From Octopus vulgaris (lineage: Eukaryota): a DNA stretch of 64,000 bases. Position numbers and translations under genes: made by a program. The stretch lies in contig OX597818.1 of NCBI GenBank assembly GCA_951406725.2, positions 39,494,001 to 39,558,000 of the forward strand. Direction: 5' to 3'. The notes beneath the pieces were generated by a model. That model searched no databases, had not been told where the DNA came from, and saw nothing but the letters and a program-made list of their open reading frames with translations. This document shows positions 26,251 to 40,039 of the stretch, piece after piece. Numbering within the stretch: the first letter of the stretch is position 1; each line of letters starts with the position of its first letter.

Positions 26251-29200
26251 CATCATCCACTTCTCAAATACTTATGCGGATCGGATGGAATTTGTGAAGA
26301 CAGACTTTTACAGCCAGATGCCCTCTGGCTCTAGAAAGGCGTCTTCTAAGCCCTTCTACACAAACCCTCAGAGGTTGGGAATCATGTAGATGTTTATCTA
26401 AACGATGCAACTCTAGACATTTAATACTGATTGTTGTTTGCATATTCAAAAGAGCAACTTGCTACAACATTGAATATAAAATAAATATGCTGAAGAAAGC
26501 TATCTATTGGAAAGGAGATAAAGTGCTTAAAAATTGCACCCACCCATTCAGATAATTTTGGAAGTTTACATAGAATGTGTCCTGTGTCACACAAAGCTGT
26601 TGTTTATCTTGTTCCAGTCATCACAATACACTATATCAGTGAGTGATAGTAATGGATTATTGAACACTGTTACATTAAATATCAATAAAAGTGTTATCTT
26701 TATTGTACTTTTATCTCTTGATAAGAAGGTATACAGAGATTTTCAGAAATCTAGTGAACCCCGATTCAAGTCTTGGGAAACTATATTTTGTAGCTGGTGT
26801 TCTATGCTTTTAACTAGAAGGAGAGTTTCAGAATGATTCAGAATCATAAAAATTATGGCACAATACGGTGGCATGAAGAGATGCCAATCTCAAATTGGGG
26901 TCTCAAATTGTGGAGAGGACTTGTGGAAGGGGTAGACCCAGGAAGACGTGGGATGAAGTAGTGAGAAAGGATCTTCAGACGTTGGGCCTCACAAAGGGGA
27001 TGACAAGGGACTGAGCCACCTGGCAGTTTGCTGTGCCTGAGAAGACATGTCAAGGTACATTAAAGTATGGTTGCCCACAGGAATGTCCCCTGCATCTCTC
27101 TCCAACTGAGTGTTCCTAATTTTACCGGCTCGTGGGTGTTGGTGCCATATAAAAAACACCTATACCTGTTTCTTTACTACCCACACGGGGCTAAACACAG
27201 AGAGGACAAACAAGGACAGACAAATGGATTAAGTCGATTATATTGACCCCAGTGCATAACTGGTACTTAATTTATCAACCCCGAAAGGATGAAAGGCAAA
27301 GTCGACCTTGGCGGAAATTGAACTCAGAATGTAACGGCAGATGAAATACTGCTTAGCATTTCGCCTGGCATGCTAACGTTTCTGCCAGCTCACTGCCTTC
27401 AAAAACACATATACAAGTGCTACACCCATGCCAGTACTGTATAAAAGCATGCAGTACATTCTGTAAAGTAGTTGGTATTAGGAAGGGAATCCAACCCAAG
27501 AAAATACATCAAAACAGGTATAGATCATGGGCAGATCTTCAGCTGGCCAGCTCCTGTCAAACCATCCAACCCATGCCAGCATGGAAAACAGGCATTAAAT
27601 GATGATGATGATGACAATGACCCACGCTCTTAACCACTATGCTATATGCATGACATTTGATAGAGTAATCTGAATGATAAAGAGTTGATATTTATCTGTA
27701 GTATTGGTTATTATGGTTTGAAACAGATAAATAGTTCTTTTTTATTTGTTTCAGTTACTGGACTGTGGTCATGCTAGAGCAATGCCTTGCATAGGTTAAT
27801 AATAACAATAAATGCACCCTTTTAAATCCTAACCAGGCTCATGGACCCGGTTTCCCAGTTTCAATGGCATATGTGTTCCCCAGCTGGACGGGACGCCAGT
27901 CCATCACAGCATTACTCATTTTTGCCAGCTGAGTGGACTGGAGCAATGTGAAATGAAGTGTTTTGCTCAAGAACACAACGCGTCGCCCGGTCCAGGAATT
28001 GAAACCACAATCTTACGAACATGATGCTGACACCCTAACCACTAAGCCACGTGCCTCCACAATACATAGTTTAGTAGAACAAATTGACCCCATGTTTATT
28101 TTTAAAATTTGGTTCTTATTCTGCCCTTTTGCTAAACTAATATGTTATGGGGACATGAACAAACCAGCACAGGTTGTGAAGCAAGGACAAACACAAACAG
28201 AAAGAAACATGCACGCATGCATACAGGGACACTCATGTATATGTATGATGAACTTCCACTCAGTTTCCATCTACCAAATTAACTCACAAAGCAACAGTTG
28301 GCCCAAGGCTATTGTGGAAGACACTTGCCTAAGATGCTGTATAGAGTAGGTGCAAAGTGAGCTTCCTAACCACGCAGCCATTACAAAAACTGTTATCAAA
28401 ATAAAAAATTATTTTGTCTCCTTGACACCAAGCAAAAATGTATCAAATGTCTTATTTACCAAGTTATTATTTGAAAAACAAAAGAGAGGGTTGGGCCATC
28501 AGTAAAATTACACAAAATGAAAGTGTATTTGATAATGTCACTGTAAAATGGTTGAATGACCTTGGAGAGGATTCAAGAAAAAAATTTTACAAAGCTATAT
28601 GGGATGAAGAAATTTGGAGTAGATAAAATAAAATAAAAGGAAAAAAACAAATGGAATTGAAGAGTGAAAGTAATATGAAAAAAAAAGAGAAGAAATTAAC
28701 AGATTTAAATAACTACCAAGATATAAAAAATATTTTGTGTGTATTGAGTTACCTTGATTATTTCAAGTTTATCAAAGAAATATTTTAAGATAAAATATTA
28801 AACAAAATAAGAACCTAAGAAAGCAAAAATACATTAACCTCACTGACAAAAGGTTGTATATAATTTCCACTCCTTTTGTGTGATAATAAAAGACAATAAT
28901 TTTACTAGTATAAACTTAATGTTTTCCATACATGTAATAAAGAACATCTTTATGTAGTTATATATAGTGATAGCAAGTACGCAATGAAATATTTCCTTAA
29001 TGCTATGCTCTAGTTTGTATGTGTTATAGATTTATGTATATATGCTTAGATATAAATAGCTAACTCAAATAAACAAGCAATGAAAAAGAGAAAAAAAAAA
29101 CAATAAAAAAAACGAATATGAAGGCATGCACAAGAAATATATTAATTTGATGCTCAGTGAATGTAGAGAGTTGTTGTTAATGTTTCAAGCATAGCTCTTC

Positions 29201-29289
29201 ATCAGAAACAAGAAAGTCATATGAGAAAGAAGGAAAAATAAGGAAAAAATAAGGAAAAATTGCCTACAGTCCACATGCAGTTACAATCA

Positions 29290-29320
<31 letters not shown>

Positions 29321-29944
29321 TGTATGTATGTATGTATATATGCATGTATGTATAGAATATCTCTCTAGATATTCAATAAGATATTCAATTTCAATTTCGT
29401 TCAATTATGTTGTTACAGTATCTACAACATACAATTACATGGGATTGGTGCAGTAGTTAACAAGAGTTTTTTTAACACTGTTACATGTAATAATGCTTTA
29501 ATAGGTTATGTGGTGTTTTTCACATCCATAAATTTTTGCATGAAAGTTATGTGGTTATGTAGTTAAGTTTGCAACCACATGGTTTTGTGTTCAGTCCCAC
29601 TGTGTGTCACCTTGGGGCAAATGGCTTCTATTGTTCTCACTATAGCCCTGTATTAACCAATATCTTGTGAGTGGATTTGGTAGATAGACACTGTGTAGAA
29701 GATCATCATTTATGTGTGTGTGTATGTGTGTATTACATACACGATATACATATATGTGTGTGTGTGTGTGTGCATGTGCATGTTCATGTGAGTGTGTGTG
29801 TGTGTATATATATTTATATTGATATATATTTGTATATATGCATATAGATGTATATATACATACATGTATATATCATATACATATATGAAAATATTTACAT
29901 ATCACAGACACTCACACACACACACATATTTATATCTATATCTA

Positions 29945-30010
<66 letters not shown>

Positions 30011-30094
30011 CCTATCTATCTATCTATATACATATATATATATAATAGTTATCGCCAAGCTAATGTGGCAGTCCAGAAAAATGGTATGAATGAA

Positions 30095-30129
<35 letters not shown>

Positions 30130-30535
30130 TATATATATTGCCGGACCAGGTGATGAAAGTCACAGAAAGGGTTACAACTCAAAAAGCACATAAAAAGCAC
30201 CATCATTACCAGCATTGCCTTACTAGCACTTGTGCTGGTGGTACATGAAGAAACATTGCCAGTACCACTGGACTGGCTCCTGTGCAGGTGGCACGTAAAA
30301 AAACACCATTTGAGCATGGCCGTTGCCAGTACCGCCTGACTGGCCTTCGTGCCAGTGGCACGTAAAAGCACCCACTACACACTCGGAGTGGTTGGCGTTA
30401 GGAAGGGCATCCAGCTGTAGAAACTCTGCCAGATCAAGATTGGAGCCTGGTGCAGCCATCTGGTTCGCCAGTCGTCAGTCAAACCATCCAACCCATGCTA
30501 GCATGGAAAGCGGACGTTAAACGATGATGATGATG

Positions 30536-30591
<56 letters not shown>

Positions 30592-30596
30592 TATTA

Positions 30597-31670
30597 TTGA
30601 GTGAGAGAGCAGCGCATGCCATCAAAATGACACTGGGGTAAAATATACGAAGCCTAGTATACCCATCATGACTACCCATCCGATAAGGGTACACTAGACA
30701 CATGCATCACAACCATACGTGCATGACATGGTGATCTCATATCAAGATAAACAGCACATGACCTTGCAGGTGGGGCCCATTTAGAATTTTCTTCAGGTCG
30801 AGTAACCCATCCCTCTCAAAATGTCCCTGAATAAGGGTTGTTTAAGGATGTTGAATGAAACACTCATGTTTCCAGAGGTGAATTATTCAAATCCCAAAGA
30901 ATCCTTCTCAACACATGGCTATGATGCTCCTCCACTACTTCTGCTCATGATCAGAGATGCACATACCTGCAGCCACTAAGGGACATGCTCAACTGGTTAA
31001 GGTCAAACAACTGACAAGCAAATCTGTGGTATTGAGTAGAATATTTGCTGTAGCCCATCTTTTATACCAAGACAAAACAATGTACATGATAGCACTTATT
31101 ATTATTATTATTGAGTGAGCGAGCAGAGCATGCCATCAAAGTGACACTGGGGTAAAATATACAAAGCCCAGTATACCCATCATGACTACCCGTCTGATAA
31201 GGGTACACCAGGCACATGCATCACAACCATATGTGCGCGACATGGTGATCTCATATCAAGATAAACAGCACATGACCTTGCAGGTGGGGCCCAGTTAGAA
31301 TTTTCTTCAGGTTGAGTATCCCATCCCGCTCAAACGGTCCCTGAATAAGGGTTGTTTAAGGATGTTGAAAGAACAACCCATGTTTCCAGAGGTGAACTAT
31401 TCAAACCCCAAAGAATCCTTCTCAACACATGGCTATGATGCTCCCCCACTACTTCTGCTCATGATCAGAGATGCACATATCGTCAGCCACTAAGGGACAT
31501 GCTCAACTGGTTATGGTCAAACAACTGACAAGCAAATCTGTGGTATTGAGCAGAATATTTGCTGTAGCCCATCTTTTATACCAAGACAAAACAATGTACA
31601 TGATAACACTTCCAATCAGTTAAGATCAGAAGCCATGAGAGCCACTGCCTGGTACTGCATCAGGGCATTT
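30597..31670 (-). mobile_element. Two tandem copies (~500 and ~560 bp) of a non-coding (TAA)n-tailed retroposon
   Basis: 30597-31097 and 31111-31670 are highly similar. Both are separated and flanked by (TTA)n. No long ORF. Confidence 0.8.
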
Positions 31671-31671
31671 A

Positions 31672-31727
<56 letters not shown>

Positions 31728-32388
31728 CATTATCATTACTATCAGTGAACTGGCAGAAATGTTAAAAACAGTTATTAAGGGTAGAGGGTTGGCAGAATTG
31801 CTTGAGCATCAGAAAAAATACTTTGTGGGCTTTGATCTGGCTCTTGACTTTCTGAATTCAAATCCTGCCAGAGGCACTTTTGCTTTTCATCCTTCTATGG
31901 TCAATAAAAAAAAGGACTGGTCAAGTGCTGGAATTGATGTTATCCACTAAACCACCTACTCAAAAATTACTGGCTTTCTTCCTAAATCAGAAACTGTTGA
32001 TAATTTTGATGACAGAGATCATAAGAAATAGACAAAATGCTTATTATGGTATTTTGTTGCATCTGTTTAATATTCTCTTTTCTACTCTAGGCACAAGGCC
32101 CGAAATTTTGGGGGACAGAGAAGTCGATTAGATAGACCCCAGTATGCAACTGGTACTTGATTTATCAACTACATTCTTCCACTAGAATTTTTTGTGGAGG
32201 CATGTGACTTAGTTGTTAGGATGCTGGACTCATGATTATAAGATTGTAGTTTCAATTCCTAGACTGGGTGATGTGCTGTGTTCTTGAGCAAAACACTTCA
32301 TTTCATGTTGCTCCAGTTCACTCAGCTGGCAAAAATGAGTAATCCTGTGATGAACTGGCGTCCCATCCAGGTGGGGAATAAATATATA

Positions 32389-32883
32389 CAATGATCCCTC
32401 GTTTATCGCGGTAGATTGGTTCTGAGACCAGCCATGATAACTGAATTTCTGCGAAGTAGGGACACCATATTTACAGTATTTATTTAATGTGTATTTGGAC
32501 TTTTAAAACCCTCCCTGTACTGTTAACAACCCACCCATTACAGTAGTCTATTAATAACAAGGACAAATGTCAAGCAATAATACTTTAGATTTAAAAAAAT
32601 AAAGATTGTTACTGTTACACAAACCAGATTACAAAATAGAAAGCTGTGATTCATCGTTTCTCTCCATTGCACCAATCACAGCCCGTCTTAAGTTCAAATA
32701 CCCCTGTATATGCTTTTTTGCTATTTCACACTTGTTTTGTTGTTCCTAGACTAGGAAATGATATTTATTATTAATATTTTATTGGATTTAATGAAAAATT
32801 TTAGGCGTTCATATATATATTTTTAAAATCCATGAAGTCGTGAATCTGCGATAGTTGAACCGTGAAGTAGTGAGGGATCACTA
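32389..32883. mobile_element. Tigger/pogo-like Tc1-mariner MITE inserted in a SINE
   Basis: TIRs ta|caatgatccctcgtttatcgcgg ... ccgtgaagtagtgagggatcacta. The SINE continues on both sides. Confidence 0.75.
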
Positions 32884-33907
32884 TGCCATGAAACTGAGAA
32901 ACTGACCCTTATGAGCTGGTGTGACTCAAGACAGTACCTTTACTTTACTTTTTTAATCAGAATTTATGAACTGGGCCTATGTTAGAGTGTTATTTGAGTG
33001 ATAACAGGTAGAATCAGTAGAGTGTCAGACAAATTATTATTCAATTACTCCTTTTTACATAGAATGTGTACAGTCACATGAAGCTGCTTATTGAAATGTA
33101 GATATTTATACCCAGATCCATGGGCGTATGATTTGTCAATGTTTGTTTAAACTACTATTGCTCCAAACAGAATGAACGATTCATATGTCGTATCTAAATT
33201 GAAATCCATATCTACCTTGACTGAACAAATATATCCTTTTGTAATTTTGTAACTTAATCTTTAATAATAATGTCAGAGTGGTTTGCTTTTCCCTATCACT
33301 TTGCATCACCATATTATAACTATTTTTAGAGACTCCATATTTTTATATGTGCTCATATTATTTGTTGTGAGTTTAATTTGGTATTGTAGTGACTATACTA
33401 TTCGGTTGTAATTGCTTAGCCTTCATACCTATAATCAGCAATGACTATTCCATCTTCATTTTTTATAATTATTTTGGTTAGATGTGATTTGAGGAAAATT
33501 TTTGCTGCTATTTTCGACATGTCAAATAACTACATAGAGGTTCTCTCGTTGTTTAAACCTACCTGTGTATATATATTGACTTGGCTGAAATCAGAGAATT
33601 GGAGATAATGTTATTTTTTGTTGTTCACTGCATAGCCTACATTTACTATCTCCAATTTAATTTGTTATTTTTGAACTAGTTTATTGTGGATAAATTTTGG
33701 TCTTTCTCAACGAATATATATTCTTTTGTTTTAGATATTAAAACAGCACTTCTAAGATATTTTCACATCCTTTCAAATTTAAATTCCTATTGAAGACAGA
33801 GGGATGTATTAAGTCATTCATCTTAATTATATCTGTGTGTGCTTGGTTCCTTGGCTTATATGCCAATCCTCATAACTACCTTTGTATTTATTCTTAGGAC
33901 TATAGTG

Positions 33908-34240
33908 AATGACATGGCTCAGTGGTTAGAGCATCGAGCTTATGATTGTGAGGTTTTGAGCTTGAATCCCGGACCAGGCTGCGTGTTGTGTTCTTGAGCA
34001 AGACACTTTATTTCACATTGCTCCAGTTCACTCAGCTGTAGAAATGAGTTGTGATGTCACAGGTACCAAGCCGTATCGGCTGTTGCCTTTCCCTTGGATA
34101 ACATTTGTGGCATGGAGAGGGGAGGCCGGTATGCATGGGCAACTGCTGGTCTTCCATAAACAATCTTGTCCGGACTCGTGCCTGGGAGGGTAACTTTCTA
34201 GGTGCAATCCCATGGTCTGTGTCGTGACCGAAGATGTCTC
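33908..34240 (+). mobile_element. tRNA-derived SINE (family C), representative copy
   Basis: A-box tggctcagtggttag and a B-box-like motif, followed by ttcttgagcaagacacttt. Related copies at 32196, 56915, 27815 (minus) and 49590 (minus). Confidence 0.75.
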
Positions 34241-35021
34241 AGTGAATGACAGAATTTTTAGAGTAGCAGACAAAATAGTTTGTGTTGTTTAAGCTCAAAT
34301 CACAGTTGGCTGACTTTACTTTGCATCCGTCTGGTGACCAATATTAACAAGAAAAATTCCAGCGTTGGGGTTAATTCAACACAACCCTGCTATCAAAATT
34401 TGTAATCATGTACATTTGTTAGAAATCATCATTATTCTCATTGACAGATGTCAAAGAGCAGCTTTAAGTTCCCAGTAACAAGAGTTGGATATTTAGTTGT
34501 GAGTTCCATAAATAATCACTTGGTGAAAATTAAGTACAAACATCACATCTTCCCATTTTGCTTTCTTTTAAAGATCTCAGATTTTATGTCTTTTTAAGGA
34601 ATTATTATCGATATTACTTTCCCACAGAGCGAAGATACCCGTGCCAGTGACACATAAAAAGCACTGTCTGAACATGACAGATGCCAGCGCCGCCTGACTG
34701 GCGTCCGTGTCGGTGACACGTAAAAGCACCAGCCGATCATGGCCGTTTGCCAGCCTCCCCTGGCCCCTGTGCCGGTGGCACATAAAAAGCACCCACTACA
34801 CTCATGAAGTGATTGGCGTTAGGAAGGGCATCCAGCTGTAGAAACACTGCCAGATCAGACAGGAGCCAGGTGCAGCCTTCTGGCCTCCCAGACCCTGGTC
34901 AAACCGTCCAACCCATGCTAGCATGGAAAACGGATGTTAAACGATAATTACGATGATGATGATGATTACTTTGTTAACAGAGCAAATGATAATACAAAAT
35001 GGAGATATTTATGTTTCTTAC

Positions 35022-35128
35022 CTGTATTAATGGAGCAAAGAGCATGACTCCCCAGACAAGAGGAAAAAGACTCCGGTAGACCCAAATATCTGCTTGGTCT
35101 GCAGTGTTCATACATAATGTATTCAAAC
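35022..35128 (-). CDS. 7-TM GRL-like gene exon G (TM6)
   Basis: Acceptor ...ctcataaacatag| and donor |gtaaga. 107 nt, phase 1/0. Encodes LNTLCMNTADQADIWVYRSLFPLVWGVMLFAPLIQ. Confidence 0.85.
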
Positions 35129-35363
35129 CTATGTTTATGAGATAAAACCATAACAGAGATTAACAGAGATTATTGAGAAGAAAAGAAAACACCACACAAA
35201 AGAAAAACAAAAAATACTATATACATTTGAAGTTTTTAGTTATATTAAGCCAAAACTCAATAAACTCTGTAAACTGAATACAAAAAGAGATTTAAGTGGA
35301 GTAAAGTCCAAACACTGAAGAAGTATCTTAGTAAACCAAAAAGAAAAGTGTAGGGAAACTTAC

Positions 35364-35463
35364 CAATCACTGTAAAAGCTGCAAATATAAAGGTTACCAA
35401 AGAAGTCATCTTGCCAGTACTGCTGTTCAACATCTTCAAATGACATTTAATTTCTACCAATTG
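35364..35463 (-). CDS. 7-TM GRL-like gene exon F (TM5)
   Basis: Acceptor ...ctaataattccag| and donor |gtaagt. 100 nt, phase 0/1. Encodes QLVEIKCHLKMLNSSTGKMTSLVTFIFAAFTVI(G). Confidence 0.85.
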
Positions 35464-35587
35464 CTGGAATTATTAGAAGGAAAAAGAAAAGATCAAAGAA
35501 TTGCATCATGAAACAATACACATGTGTGTATTTCTATTAGTCTTTTTCTCTCTATCTGTATATATTTATCTATCTACATCTCTATCC

Positions 35588-35644
<57 letters not shown>

Positions 35645-36524
35645 TATGTATATTTAAAGGGCTAAAAACCACTATGTGGTCAGCCATATGCTAGAAGTAG
35701 ATCACCTTCGATCAACTGGTTTTTAAATTGATATTAATTAAATTAATATTCAATTTATCTCCCTCATTATTTAAATGTATATATATATATGCATGTATGC
35801 GTGTAATATATACACACACATACATACATGCATATGTATACTCTCTTTTACTCTTTTACTTGTTTCAGTCATTTGACTGTGGCCATGCTAGAGCACTGCC
35901 TTTAGTCGAGCAAATCGACCCTAGGACTAATTCTTTGTAAGCCCAGTACTTATTCTATCAGTCTCTTTGACCAAACCACTAAGTTACGGGGACGTAAACA
36001 AACCAGCATCGGTTGTCAAGCGATGTTGGGGGGACAAACACAGACACACAAACGTATACACACATACATGCATATATATATATGTACCAAATCCACTCAC
36101 AAGGCTTTGGTCGGCCCGAGGCTATAGTAGAAGACACTTGCCCAAGGTGGCATGCAGTGGGACTGAACACGGAACCATGTGGTTGGTAAGCAAGCTACTT
36201 ACCACACAGTCACTCCTACGCCTATATGTATATGTATGTATGATACACACACATATGCACACATATCATCAAACAAGACAAACCATCTTTATGACAGAGA
36301 ATTATCTAACAGCAGTGTTACTAACATTTACAAAATTTATGACCTTAATCCACATAGCAGTATAAACTTAGACACTAAAGAAACCACCATTACTTTTAAT
36401 GTATATGACAAAGTAGGATATTTCATCTAACAAACATCACAAATACTATTTGTTATAGTTCGGTGAAGAAGAACATAATTTACAAAAGTAAGCAGGTAGG
36501 AAATGAAAAATGTGTAAACAAATA

Positions 36525-36699
36525 GGTGTAGGAGAGGCTGTGTAGTAAGTAGTTTGCTTATGAACCACAAGGTTCCAGGTTCAGTCCCACTGCATAGCAC
36601 CTTGGGCAAGTGTCTTCTTCTATAGCCTCAGGCCAACCAAAGCCTTGTGAGTGGATTTGGTAGACAGAAACTGAAAGAAGCACATTGTATACATGTATA

Positions 36700-36735
<36 letters not shown>

Positions 36736-36980
36736 TGTATGTATGTATGTATGTATGTGTGTGTGTATACGTTTGTGTGTTTGTGTTTGTCCCCCCACCA
36801 TCGCTCGACAACCAATGCTGGTGTGTTTACATCCCCATAACTTGGTATGGCAAAAGAGACTGATTGAATAAGTACTAGGCTTACAAAGAATAAGTCCTGG
36901 GGTCAATTTGCTCAACTAAAGACAGTGCTCCAGCATGGCCACAGTCAAATGACTGAAACAAGTAAAAGAGTAAAAGAGTA
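36525..36980 (+). mobile_element. tRNA-derived SINE (family A) with an internal (TA/TG) microsatellite and a CR1-type tail, representative copy
   Basis: Head ggctgtgt.gtaag...ggttcagtccc and tail gtgctccagcatggccacagtcaaatgactgaaac(a agtaaaag)n. Other copies at 13660-13970 (minus), 35840-36224 (minus), 50751-51164 (minus), 52630-53110 (minus), 61845-62234 (plus) and 63748-64000 (plus). Confidence 0.85.
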
Positions 36981-37538
36981 AATAGGCAAAATAGAGATGT
37001 GTACATTCTCTCGATTATACATCACACCAGGGGCAACTGGTGCTCACTTCTAAAATTTGTTGAGACAGCTCTAAATCAGTGGTTCACAGACAGAATCCAT
37101 GTGGACCTGAGGTCTCAATATAAAATTTTGGTCAGCTCCTTGCAAGCAAAATAGCAAACTGGTGGTCCACAGTAGTATTGGGTCCATGAAAAAAGTTTTG
37201 CTTTAGATGTATTTAATTCAAGAAGCAGCTAGGTTTCTTTCTCTAACATTTTACATAGTTCAGCCTATAAAAGTTAATGTGTGATAAACGAAATAAGAAT
37301 TTTGAAAGAAGTATCTATAAAACTAGGTTTTAAACATTGAATGGCTAATAAAATAGTAATAATAATCCTTTGTACTAGAGGCACGAGGCCTGGAACTGGG
37401 GTGGAGGGGACTAGTATTTTATTAATCCCAAAAAGATGAAAGACAAAGTCAATCTCAGGAGAATTTGAACTCAGAATGTAAAACAAATGAAATGCTGCTA
37501 AGCATTCTGTCCAATGTTCTAGTGATTCTGGCAGCTTG

Positions 37539-37578
<40 letters not shown>

Positions 37579-37598
37579 ACTACTACTACTACTACTAC

Positions 37599-37639
<41 letters not shown>

Positions 37640-37689
37640 GTGATAATGATAATAATAATGATGATGATGATAATAATAATAATAATAAT

Positions 37690-37720
<31 letters not shown>

Positions 37721-37747
37721 ATAATAATAATAATAACAATAATAAAC

Positions 37748-38098
37748 TAAAACAATACCTGTTGTCATAGGTGCCCTGGGAATGATAGCAAAAGGGGCTG
37801 ATTGCTACCTAACTCAGATACCAGGAAACCCCAAAATGGCAGAAATTCAAAAGACAGTGCTCATGGGAACTGCTCATATCCTATGCAAAATACTTTCTAT
37901 GTAATCTCAAGTTTTAAAACAAATATAATTTTCGTATGGTTTTTTAGACATTCACTAGTACAACACTAAGTACAAAACCAAATATATGGCACCCTAGGCA
38001 TAACACCAACACAAACTTCCAACTTGTTGTCTCTTGAGGTCACTGGGCGAGACTTGGAGCCAACTTGTACAAATGTAAAGCAAAAGTCAAACATAGAA
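37748..38098 (+). mobile_element. R4/Dong-clade non-LTR element, 5'-truncated, in a (TAA)n array
   Basis: Encodes KTIPVVIGALGMI...IQKTVLMGTAHILCKILSM followed by a stop. Flanked by TAA/CAA repeats. Confidence 0.8.
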
Positions 38099-39556
38099 CA
38101 ACAACAACAACAACAATAATAATAATCATCATCATCATCATCATCATCATTTAGCGTCCGTTTTCCATGCTAGCATGGGTTGGACGGTTCAACTGGGGTT
38201 TGGGGAGCCCGAAGGCTGCACCAGGCCAGTCAGATCTGGCAGTGTTTCTACAGCTGGATGCCCTTCCTAACGCCAACCACTCTGAGAGTGTAGTGGGTGA
38301 TTTTATGTGCCACCGACACAGGTGCCAGACGAGGCTGGCGAACGGCCACGCTCGGATGGTGTTTTTTATGTGCCACCGACACAGGTGCCAGACGAGGCTG
38401 GCAGACGGCCACGCTCGGATGGTGTTTTTATGTGCCAGATGAGGCTGGCGAACGGCCACGATCGGATGGTGTTTATTACGTGCCCACAGCACGGAGGCCA
38501 GTCGATGCGGTACTGGCTACGGCCACGTTCGGATGGTTTTCTTGTGTGCCACTGGCACTGGTACCACAAAGATACAAATTCCATTGATGTTCATCTATTT
38601 TGATTTGTTTTGATTTGATTTGATTTGATTTTCACTTGCCTCAACAGGTCTTCACAGGTCTTCACAAGTGTCACAAGAAGGAAGGAAGGTATGCACGGCC
38701 ACGCTCGGATGGTGTTTTTTTTTTTAATAGACTCTGTGAGACTTCTGACAAAATGGTGCTGTTCACTCTCATGGAAACAACTGGATGTCCTGTGTCTACA
38801 ACCACACCTCAGTAGTCCTCCTACTCTCCCTGTCATATGAATGTATTAAACTAAACTTGTGTTAAATGGCTCCCATCACTCCTTAGTTGATTTCCTTTTC
38901 TTTTCCTTTCATCTAGCTTTTCTATCTATCTGTCTCTCTTCCTCTCTTTGTATATATATATATATATATATATCGAACATGGTCAATGCCAGGTCCACCT
39001 GACTGGCTCCCGTGTCAGTGGCACATAAAAAGTACCATCCAAACATGGCCGTGATCGCTGCCAGGTACACCCACTAGCTCCCATGCTGGTGGCACATAAA
39101 AAGCACTATCCAAACATGATCAATGCCACGACCACCTGACTGGCCCCCGTGCCGGTGACATTTAAAAAGTACCATCCAAATGTGGCCAATGCCAGTCCCC
39201 CCTGACTGACTCCTGTGCCAGTAGTATGTAAAAAGCACAATTTGAACGTGATCGATGTCAGGTCCACCTTACTGGCTCCTGTACTGGTGGCGCATAAATA
39301 GCACCCGCTATACTCTTGGAGTGGTTGGCATTAGGAAGGGCATCTAGCTGTAGAAAGATTGCCAGATCAGATTGGAGCCTGGTGCAGTCACTGGTTTTCG
39401 AGACCTCAGTCAAACCGTCCAACCCATGCCAGCATGGAAAATGGGTGTTAAACAATGATGATGATGATGATATATATCTCTGTTTCTTATTTTATTTTTA
39501 ATTTACATTTACATTTTTATTTTTATTTATTTTATCTTATATTTTAATTTTGGGAT

Positions 39557-39603
<47 letters not shown>

Positions 39604-40039
39604 TAAAACTCTGCAAAGATGGCCAGTTAACCGAAGAGATGGTGTTGTGGATTTCCACCTCGGCATCCAAAACTCAGAGTTTTATCTTGGTTATTGAATA
39701 ATTGTCACATGTTATTTTACAGATAAATTTCCTCTATTTACATAATATTGAGGTCTCTTTCTTTCTTTTGTTATCTTACCGTTTTTACCAATATATATAT
39801 ATATATATATATATTCCCTTTCTGTTAATACCAGGTGGTGAGGGGAGCTGAGCGCCCATTACCAATAAGATGCCCCAATGGCCTGCGCAAGACCTGTCCT
39901 CTGACAGTCAAGACCGACTCCTTCACCAAACCAGCAGGAGAAGAGTGGGCAAAGTTGAGTATCTGGCACCTTCAAATAAACAGTGCTCCAGGTAGGCTGT
40001 ACTTGTTAGCCTTGAACAGTGTAGTGTCAATAATTGTCA

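Noticed and set aside
26534-26836. 100-aa plus-strand ORF, and similar short ORFs at 28438 and 53525
   Set aside because: No motifs or splice support. They are intronic and antisense to the 7TM gene.
38290-38480. Regularly spaced repeats resembling a CRISPR array
   Set aside because: The context is eukaryotic, the units are full tandem repeats without unique spacers, and there are no cas genes.
39601-39688. 13-bp stem (agataaaactctg/cagagttttatct) enclosing a hammerhead-like arrangement
   Set aside because: Both core motifs are mutated (ctgcaaa, aaaa), so it is too degenerate to call. It may be another PLE remnant.
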